A stretch of 64,000 nt of DNA from Kiritimatiellia bacterium (GTDB lineage: Bacteria; Verrucomicrobiota; Kiritimatiellia; JAAZAB01). The stretch is from positions 16,664-80,663 of the forward strand of contig JAQUQV010000004.1 in the NCBI GenBank assembly GCA_028715905.1. The letters run 5' to 3'. Below the pieces are notes generated by a model. That model worked only from the letters and a program-made list of their open reading frames with translations. It did not search any database and was not told the origin of the DNA. A program made the translations under genes and the position numbers. Of the stretch, positions 36,782 through 43,871 are shown piece by piece (positions within the stretch are counted from its first letter, which is position 1; the number at the start of each line of letters is the position of its first letter).

Positions 36782-38528
36782 ACTCTTTTTTGCGGCGGCA
36801 AGGATGGCGGTTCTTCCCGCGGTTATCCTTGTCTTGGGCGCGCTGGCATTGCCGTTGCTCCCCCGTGCGCATCGGTCGTTTTTCTTTCTGGCATTTCCGC
36901 TGCTGGCCCTCTATGCGGTCTGGGCCCTGCCGGGCGAGCCGGCGGTCGCCATCCGGGTCATGGACTATCAACTGATCCTTTTCCAGGCTGATTCTCTCAG
37001 CCGGGTGTTTGGCACCGTGTTCAGCCTGATCGTTTTTATCGGTGGTATTTACGCGTTTCATCTGCGGGACACCGGCCAGCAAAGCACGGCCCTGCTCTAT
37101 GCTGCCGGCGCATTGGGCGTAACGTTTGCCGGTGATTATTTTACCCTGTTTATTTTCTGGGAAATTATGGCGGTGGCCTCAACATTCCTGGTCTGGGCGC
37201 GGCGTACGCCCGAGTCCGGCCGGGCGGGAATGCGCTACCTACTGATGCATGTCTTCGGTGGCGGCCTGCTTTTTGCCGGCATTCTCCTGTATTATCTTCA
37301 GAACAACTCATTGCTTCTGGAAAAATTATTGCCGGACGGGTCCGCGGCCGCCTGGTTTATCATGGCCGGAGTGGCCTTGAATGCGGCGGTTCCGCCCCTG
37401 CATGCCTGGCTCACGGACGCCTATCCCAAAGCCACGGTTACCGGCGCAGTGTTTATGAGTGCGCTCACCACCAAGACGGCGGTGTATGTGCTGATCCGTC
37501 TTTTTCCCGGCTGGGAAATTCTGCTTTACTTAGGCGTGATGATGGCGCTGTACGGCGTGGTGTTCGCCGTGCTAGCCAATGATATCCGCGAAATTCTTGC
37601 CTATCATATCGTCAGCCAGGTGGGCTACATGGTGGCCGGGGTGGGAATCGGAACCGAGATGGCTTTAAACGGTTCAACCGCCCACGCTTTCAGTCATATC
37701 CTTTATAAAGCGCTCCTGTTCATGGGTGCCGGGGCGGTTTTACAGACCACCGGCAAAAGCAAGCTTACCGAATTGGGCGGTTTGGCAAAGTCCCAACCGC
37801 TGATGCTCTGGCTGTATATGATCGGGGCCTTTTCCATTTCCGGGTTTCCGTTATTCAACGGATTTATTAGCAAATCCATGGTGGTTGCCGCGGCTGGCGA
37901 GGCCCATTACGGGTGGGCAGTGCTTCTTTTATTACTTGCCTCGATGGGAACATTTCTTCATACCGGATTGAAGTTGCCGTATTTTACCTGGTATGCCGAG
38001 GATCGTTGCATCACGCCCCTGAAAGCGCCTAAAAATATGCTGATCGGAATGGCCCTGGCGGCATTTCTATGCATGCTTTACGGAGTCATGCCCTCTTTAC
38101 TCTACCGAATATTGCCTTATTCTGTTGACTACCGGCCTTACACCATTGCCCATCTGGCGGAAACCACCCAAATCCTGATATTTACTTTTGTGGGTTTCTG
38201 GGTTTTAAGGGAAAAACTGGCCGGAACATCAACCATAACCTTGGATACAGATTGGTTTTATCGCTGGCCGGCACGACCGGTGCGGCGCTATTTTGTGGAT
38301 ACCGTGGATGCTGTGTTTAGCGCCGCCGAAACCTTCATTTCCGGCCTCGTCCGCTCTCTGGCGGCTTTCCGGCATAATCCGGCCGTTATTTTCAGCCACG
38401 CGGCCGGACGGCAAACTTTCAACCCCGACTTCTACCGCCCCGCCACGCAGTTTTTGATTGTCGCGGTTCTGCTTGTCTTTGTGATTCTGGCGGCGTGGGG
38501 GTTGTTGGCGGCCGGCAAATTCCGGTGA
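36768..38528 (+). CDS. MrpA/NuoL-like antiporter subunit with a C-terminal extension.
   Basis: Motifs WLTDAYPKATVTGAVFMSALTTKTAVYV and LAYHIVSQVGYMVAG, plus a C-terminal extra about 150 aa. Start at ATG 36768. Confidence 0.7.
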   Translation: MMLTELFFAAARMAVLPAVILVLGALALPLLPRAHRSFFFLAFPLLALYAVWALPGEPAVAIRVMDYQLILFQADSLSRVFGTVFSLIVFIGGIYAFHLRDTGQQSTALLYAAGALGVTFAGDYFTLFIFWEIMAVASTFLVWARRTPESGRAGMRYLLMHVFGGGLLFAGILLYYLQNNSLLLEKLLPDGSAAAWFIMAGVALNAAVPPLHAWLTDAYPKATVTGAVFMSALTTKTAVYVLIRLFPGWEILLYLGVMMALYGVVFAVLANDIREILAYHIVSQVGYMVAGVGIGTEMALNGSTAHAFSHILYKALLFMGAGAVLQTTGKSKLTELGGLAKSQPLMLWLYMIGAFSISGFPLFNGFISKSMVVAAAGEAHYGWAVLLLLLASMGTFLHTGLKLPYFTWYAEDRCITPLKAPKNMLIGMALAAFLCMLYGVMPSLLYRILPYSVDYRPYTIAHLAETTQILIFTFVGFWVLREKLAGTSTITLDTDWFYRWPARPVRRYFVDTVDAVFSAAETFISGLVRSLAAFRHNPAVIFSHAAGRQTFNPDFYRPATQFLIVAVLLVFVILAAWGLLAAGKFR

Positions 38529-38676
38529 AGCGATTTTTAAAACGGTCCGGCATGCATTCCGGCGTGCTGCGATCGGTTGTTGAATTTCATGAACTGGCGG
38601 TTTTAGCGCCAGTTTGAAAATCATCATTCCATTTTCCCATCGGTAAAAATTTTCCTGATTTTATTCGCCGCATTTT

Positions 38677-39818
38677 GTGGACAGGTCCGGGAAAATATGG
38701 ATAATATCCGAACCTATGCGGGAATTTTTATTTCAGACCAGCATTGCCGGCATTGAGATATGGCGTGTCCTTGTTTTTTTTGCGGCAATTTTGCTGGCCC
38801 TTGTCGCGGGGCGGCTGGCCCGTTTTTTCATGGAGCGGGCGGCTAAACATTCGCGCGCCCGGGGCCGGGAATTGCCGGGCCTGGCCTGCGCCGCGCTGGC
38901 GCGGCCGGTTGTCATGGCGGCTTTTACGCTGGGCTGGTGGTTCGGCATAACCGCGCTGGCGAGCGCCGGTCCGGCTATCATAAGCGCGGCCGAGACCGTC
39001 GGTTACATCCTGAACGCCATTGCCATCGGCTATGCGCTTTACGCGCTGGTTGATGTCGTTGACCATTATCTCCTCAATCTTGCCGCGAAAACCGAAAGCA
39101 AAGTGGACGACGTGCTCGCGCCGCTGGTTGGTAAAAGTCTCCGGATCACCGTTTTTGTGCTGGTGCTGGTCAATGTTATCCAGCAAATCAGCGGCAAGAG
39201 CATCACCACCATCCTGGCCGGGCTGGGGGTCGGCAGTCTGGCCGTCGCGCTCGCGGGCAGGACACGATAAGAAACTTTTTCGGCTCGCTGGTCATTCTTG
39301 CGGACAAGCCGTTTGAGATCGGCGAGCGGATCGTCTTTGACGGGCATGACGGTCCGGTGGAACGCATCGGTTTTCGTTCAACGCGAATCCGCACGCTGGA
39401 AGGGCACCAGGTAACCATCCCGAATTCGGAGATGGTCAACAAAACCTTGCAGAACATCGGCAAGCGTCCGTATATCCGCCGGCTGGCGAACATCACTATC
39501 ACCTACGGCACGTCCCCTGAAAAAGTTCAACGCGCGCTGGATATCATCAAGGAAATTTTAAGCAATCACGAGGGCATGAACCCCGAATTTCCCCCGCGCG
39601 TTTTTTTCAGCGGCTTCAACGATTCTTCCCTGAATCTCATGATGCTTTACTGGTATCACCCGCCGGATTACTGGAAATACATGGCATTTTCCGAACAGGT
39701 CAATTTTCTGATCCTGGAACGCTTCAACGCCGAAGGCATTGAGTTTGCCTTCCCGAGCCAGACGGTTTATCTTGCCGATGACGCCAAGCGCCAGGCGGCA
39801 TTAAACAGTTATCAATAA
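38677..39818 (+). pseudogene. Mechanosensitive channel MscS family gene interrupted by a -1 frameshift near 39256 (or an assembly error).
   Basis: The N-terminal part (38677..39270) ends LAGLGVGSLAVALAGRTR*. The conserved MscS continuation QDTIRNFFGSLVILADKPFEIGERIVFDG...IPNS reads in another frame from about 39257 and joins ORF 39357..39818. The break is at a G-run. Confidence 0.6.
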
Positions 39819-39822
39819 AATT

Positions 39823-39850
39823 CTGCGCAAGAAGCGCAGGATTTTATTGC
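39823..39850 (+). terminator. Rho-independent terminator candidate after the MscS gene.
   Basis: Hairpin CTGCGC-AAGAA-GCGCAG followed by GATTTTATT. Confidence 0.5.
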
Positions 39851-39944
39851 AAATATTTTCTGATTATGATCATGCTGGCAGAAGCTGACCGCGTAATAAT
39901 GGAATAAGCGTCATTTTCTTTAATTTCAAGGAGGCAGCGACGAT

Positions 39945-40240
39945 TAATTTAAGGCATAGGAATTTCAAAGACATATGTTCGTCCGAAAATCCCGTAGGGG
40001 CGTCGCTTGACGACGCCCGCCGGAAGGGCTTCGCAAGCGAAGCCCCTACGTCGAACGGGATAATAGTTGCCCCCGATGCGCTTCGCGATCGGGGACCTAA
40101 TTCAACGTATAGGAATTTCAATGTTGTCTATTTTTTGTAGGGGCTTCGCTCGTCGAAGCCCTCTGAAGGGGCGCGACAAGCACGCCCCCTACATGCGAAA
40201 AATAACAGTTGCCGCCTTTTGGCGGCCTAATTGACCGAGA
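39945..40240 (+). repeat. Array B of the same repeat family of about 130 bp (two full units and a partial third), in direct orientation to array A.
   Basis: Unit B2 (40097-40226) is nearly identical to unit A2. Unit B1 has the same conserved termini but a different, equally hairpin-rich core. Confidence 0.8.
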
Positions 40241-40548
40241 GCAGTCAAATGATACTTGTAGGAACAGACAGCTTTTTTGATCAGTCCATGGTAGCGCAGA
40301 CGCTGGCAAATGCGCGAAATTTGCGCCGATGTTTTGTCCAGTCGTTTCCGCAGGTCGGCGTTGCGGAACCCGAAGGATTGGGCTTGGCCTTGGGCCACCG
40401 TCAGGAAGACCTGTTCATCGTCTTCGTCAAAGAGATTATTGAAACAGGCGGTGCCGTCGCGGTGTTCCACCTTGCTAATGATCCGGTCGAAACACGAATA
40501 GGCGCCGAGAATATCATCGGCATGTCGTTCAAGAAAAGATGTTTGCAT
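40189..40548 (-). CDS. Hypothetical small protein with a possible winged-helix segment. Its C-terminal 9 codons are supplied by the repeat element.
   Basis: A 119 aa ORF that does not look low-complexity. The ending ...KAATVIFRM* is identical to the repeat-encoded ending of the spurious ORF at 25326. Confidence 0.3.
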   Translation of the reverse strand: MQTSFLERHADDILGAYSCFDRIISKVEHRDGTACFNNLFDEDDEQVFLTVAQGQAQSFGFRNADLRKRLDKTSAQISRICQRLRYHGLIKKAVCSYKYHLTALGQLGRQKAATVIFRM

Positions 40549-40590
40549 AGTGAACCTCCTTGTTGGGAGGCTGTTGTATCAGAAAGTTAT

Positions 40591-40636
40591 CACCCGGCAT
40601 AGCCGGAACCCTTTATGGTTCCGGCTATGCCGGGTT
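40591..40636. other. Perfect 18-bp-stem hairpin (CCCGGCATAGCCGGAACC-CTTTAT-GGTTCCGGCTATGCCGGG) in the leader of the SSS transporter gene.
   Basis: Read directly from the sequence. It lies between the divergent starts 40548(-) and 40661(+). Confidence 0.7.
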
Positions 40637-40660
40637 GGGGTTATTGCGCGGTCAACAATA

Positions 40661-42286
40661 ATGAATGCGCTGGACTGGAGTATTGTCGCCGTTTACATGC
40701 TCGGCATGATCGGTTTGTCCCTGTGGCTGGGCCGGACCCAGCGGACAGGCAGGGATTATTTCGTGGGCGGCAACCGGGTCGGCCACTGGGCGATCGGGAT
40801 ATCCATCCTGGCCACCCAGTGTTCCACCAACAGCCTGATGGGCGCGCCCGCCTTCGTCATAGCCGTCGGCGGCCTGCTCTGGCTGCAATACGAACTGGCC
40901 GTGCCGCTGGCGATGATCGGCATCATGATGTTTCTTTTGCCGTTTTTCCGGAGCCAGCGCGTCGTGTCGGTCTATGAATATCTGGGACGTCGTTTCGGGC
41001 CGGGCAGCCGGATGATGCTTTCGCTCCTTTTTCAGTTCCTGCGCGCCTTTTCCACGGGGGTGACGGTCTACGGTATTTCGCTGGTCATCCAGCAATTGAT
41101 TGGTTTGCCGTTCTGGGCGGCGGTGCTGCTGATCGGCGCCGTGGCGCTGGTATATGAATTCCTGGGCGGCATCCGGGCCGATATCTATTCGGACGTGATT
41201 CAAATGATTGTTCTTTACGCCGGCATTGCGGTCTGCCTGGTCTACGCCGTGCATCTGGCTGGCGGCTGGCGCGAGATTATCGCTGTTTTCCCGGTTGACA
41301 AGGCGCGCACGCTTGATTTCGGGAGCATGGGATTTTCCGGCGCCAACCCGTTCGCTTTCTGGCCGATGCTGCTCGGCGGATTCTTTCTCTACCTGAGTTA
41401 TTACGGCTGCGACCAGACCCAGGTCCAGCGCGGGCTTTCAACGCGGGACGTGGACGGCACCAACATGGCGCTTTTTATCAACGGGATGCTGCGGTTTCCC
41501 TTGACCCTGACCTATTGCCTGATCGGGGTGGCGATCGGCGCCTACCTGATCAAGCATCCGGATTTCCTGCGCTATCTGGCCGATCCTGCCACCAACGCCG
41601 TGAACTACAATCTGGCGGTGCCTTCCTTCTGCCTGCATGTTCTGCCACATGGCGTGATCGGCTTGATCATGGTGGCCATGTTCGCCGCGGCCATGTCGTC
41701 GCTGGATTCAACGATCAACTCGCTTTCCGCCCTGACGATCCGCGACGTGGTTGAACGTTTCCGTTCCGAGCCCTTCGGAGAACGCGAGCTGATGCGCTGG
41801 GGCCGGCTGATAACCGTCGGCTGGGGAATTCTCTGCATGGCTTTTTCATTTTTTGTCGGCGACATTTCCCCTTCCATCATTGAGGCCATCAACAAGATCA
41901 GCTCGCTCGTCAACGGCCCGATCCTGGCCGCGTTTCTCCTGGCCATCCTGACCAGGCGCGCCAACGACCCGGGCGTCATGATCGGGATCGCGGCCGGATT
42001 CGGCGCCAACCTCATGACCTGGCTTCTGCTGCCGGGCGTCTCCTGGCTCTGGTGGAACGTCAGCGGCTGCCTGGTAACGTTTGGGATCGGATACGGAGCA
42101 AGCTTCCTGTTCCGCGCGCGGGTGGTTCCGAACCTGGAAACGCTGGTTTATCATGCCGATGCGGCGCGGCAGTTCAATTATCGCCGGAATTGGCGCGTTT
42201 ATCTGTGGATTCTGGCCGGGTATTTCCTTGTGATGGTCGCCGTTCTTAAAGGCATAGAATTAATTTTCGGTCTTTCCGCAAATTAA
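40661..42286 (+). CDS. Sodium:solute symporter (SSS) family transporter.
   Basis: 13-14 TM helices. N-terminal MNALDWSIVAVYMLGMIGLSLWLG...GRDYFVGGNRVGHWAIGISILATQCSTNSLMGAPA is typical of the SSS family. Start at ATG 40661. Confidence 0.75.
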   Translation: MNALDWSIVAVYMLGMIGLSLWLGRTQRTGRDYFVGGNRVGHWAIGISILATQCSTNSLMGAPAFVIAVGGLLWLQYELAVPLAMIGIMMFLLPFFRSQRVVSVYEYLGRRFGPGSRMMLSLLFQFLRAFSTGVTVYGISLVIQQLIGLPFWAAVLLIGAVALVYEFLGGIRADIYSDVIQMIVLYAGIAVCLVYAVHLAGGWREIIAVFPVDKARTLDFGSMGFSGANPFAFWPMLLGGFFLYLSYYGCDQTQVQRGLSTRDVDGTNMALFINGMLRFPLTLTYCLIGVAIGAYLIKHPDFLRYLADPATNAVNYNLAVPSFCLHVLPHGVIGLIMVAMFAAAMSSLDSTINSLSALTIRDVVERFRSEPFGERELMRWGRLITVGWGILCMAFSFFVGDISPSIIEAINKISSLVNGPILAAFLLAILTRRANDPGVMIGIAAGFGANLMTWLLLPGVSWLWWNVSGCLVTFGIGYGASFLFRARVVPNLETLVYHADAARQFNYRRNWRVYLWILAGYFLVMVAVLKGIELIFGLSAN

Positions 42287-42325
42287 ACTCCACATGGCGT
42301 TTAATGCCTGCTATAAACAGATTCC

Positions 42326-43756
42326 ATGCAGCCTCAAAACAGACCCATGGCGGCCATCATCGGGCGTCCGAATGTCGGCAAGTCGTCTATTTTCAACCGG
42401 CTGGCCGGCCGCCGGATCGCCATCGTCCACGAGGAGGCGGGCGTCACCCGCGACCGGATTATCTGTCCCGTCCGGCTTCAAAGCCGCCGCGCCGATAACG
42501 CGGCGCAGCCGCGTGTGATTGATCTGGTTGACACGGCCGGGCTTGTTTTGCCGGAAGGTGAAAACGCGGATGCCGGAAACGAATGGGAGCAAAGCGCCGT
42601 TTCCATTGAGGCGGCCGTGCGCCGCCAGGTTGGCCTTGCCCTGCGCGAAGCCGGCGCGGTCGTCTTTGTCGTTGATGCCAGGGCCGGCGTGCTGGCGGCG
42701 GACGAGAGAACGGCCGCCCGGCTTCATAAAAGCGCCTTGCCGGTCCTGCTGGCCGTCAACAAGGCCGATAACGCCGAGCTTGACTTTCACGCGCTTGATT
42801 TTGAAAGATTCGGGTTCCCGGTTTTTCCCGTTTCCGCGCTGCACAACCGCGGGTTTGAAGATTTGATTGAAAAATTGTCCGCCCTTTTTCCTCCCGGCGC
42901 GGAGGAGGCTTTGCCCGGGTTGCGCGTGGCCGTTGTCGGGCGCCCGAACGTGGGTAAATCCATGCTGGTCAACCGCCTCGCGCGCGGCGAACGCGTGATC
43001 GTGTCCGGCGAGCCGGGCACGACCCGCGACAGCATCGCCGTTCCGTTGACGGCAAAATCTGGCGCGCCGCCGGGCGGATATATCCTGATTGACACGGCCG
43101 GTTTGCGCGCCGCAAACAAGCTCAAACACGCCGTTGACGGGTTCGGGCGCCTGCGCGCCCTGGAAAGCATCGGTTCCGCGGATATTGCCGCGCTGGTGAT
43201 TGACGCGACCGTCGGGCCGACCGCCTATGATAAAAACATCGCGGCGCAAATAATGGCCCGGAAAAAGGGTTGCATGATTATCGTCAATAAATGGGACCTC
43301 ACGCCGCGGGCGTCCCGGAGCGCCTGCCGCAAGGCCCTTTATGCGGTTTTGCCGTTCATGAATTTTGCGCCGGTGGTCTGCGTCTCCGCCGCCACGGGGT
43401 TCAATACGGGGGAGATAATTGAAACAATAAACTATGTCGCGGAACAGAACCGGAAAAAAATCCCCACCGGCATCCTCAATCGCGCCCTGGAAAAAATCGG
43501 CGCGCGTTTCCAGCCGCCGCTGGTGCGGGGCAAAAGGCTGAAGGTTTTTTACGCCGTCCAGACCGCGGTGCGGCCGATTACCTTCTTGGTTTTTGTCAAT
43601 GATCCCGCCCGGGCGCCTGAAAATTACGAGAGGTATCTGGAAAATTCTCTCCGCGGAATTTTCGGCCTGGAAGGCGCCCCGCTTGTTTTCAAATTCAGGC
43701 GCCGGGAGTCAAAGACGGCGGTATTTTCATCGCAGTCAGGCGGTAAAACCGGTTGA
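42326..43756 (+). CDS. der: Ribosome-associated GTPase Der (EngA), with two tandem GTPase domains and a KH-like C-terminus.
   Basis: Two G1 motifs, GRPNVGKSSIFNRL and GRPNVGKSMLVNRL. DTAG motifs. C-terminal KH-like domain. Confidence 0.85.
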   Translation: MQPQNRPMAAIIGRPNVGKSSIFNRLAGRRIAIVHEEAGVTRDRIICPVRLQSRRADNAAQPRVIDLVDTAGLVLPEGENADAGNEWEQSAVSIEAAVRRQVGLALREAGAVVFVVDARAGVLAADERTAARLHKSALPVLLAVNKADNAELDFHALDFERFGFPVFPVSALHNRGFEDLIEKLSALFPPGAEEALPGLRVAVVGRPNVGKSMLVNRLARGERVIVSGEPGTTRDSIAVPLTAKSGAPPGGYILIDTAGLRAANKLKHAVDGFGRLRALESIGSADIAALVIDATVGPTAYDKNIAAQIMARKKGCMIIVNKWDLTPRASRSACRKALYAVLPFMNFAPVVCVSAATGFNTGEIIETINYVAEQNRKKIPTGILNRALEKIGARFQPPLVRGKRLKVFYAVQTAVRPITFLVFVNDPARAPENYERYLENSLRGIFGLEGAPLVFKFRRRESKTAVFSSQSGGKTG

Positions 43757-43871
43757 CAAAACGCTCCGGGCGCGGATAGAATTGGCCTGACCGGGGGGTT
43801 TTTATTTGCGGCGATACGGTCTGAATAAACGGCGGAGGTACGGACAACAATAAATCACAGGAGGATGTTTC

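Noticed and set aside
25085-40240. CRISPR-like interpretation of the repeat arrays (conserved about 45-bp junction plus variable 80-90 bp cores).
   Set aside because: Only two units per locus. The variable cores are themselves related, sharing the GTAGGGG...CCCCTAC scaffold and inner hairpins. No cas genes lie nearby. A structured repeat or MITE is the more parsimonious reading.
40189-40548. Considered whether the small HTH-like ORF next to repeat array B is a transposase or IS remnant that would mark the arrays as mobile.
   Set aside because: No DDE or HUH motifs and no terminal inverted repeats of IS type were found. It is kept as a hypothetical protein only.
42311-43249. 312-aa minus-strand ORF antisense to der.
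   Set aside because: Der has unambiguous dual GTPase motifs on the plus strand. The antisense ORF is a high-GC artefact.
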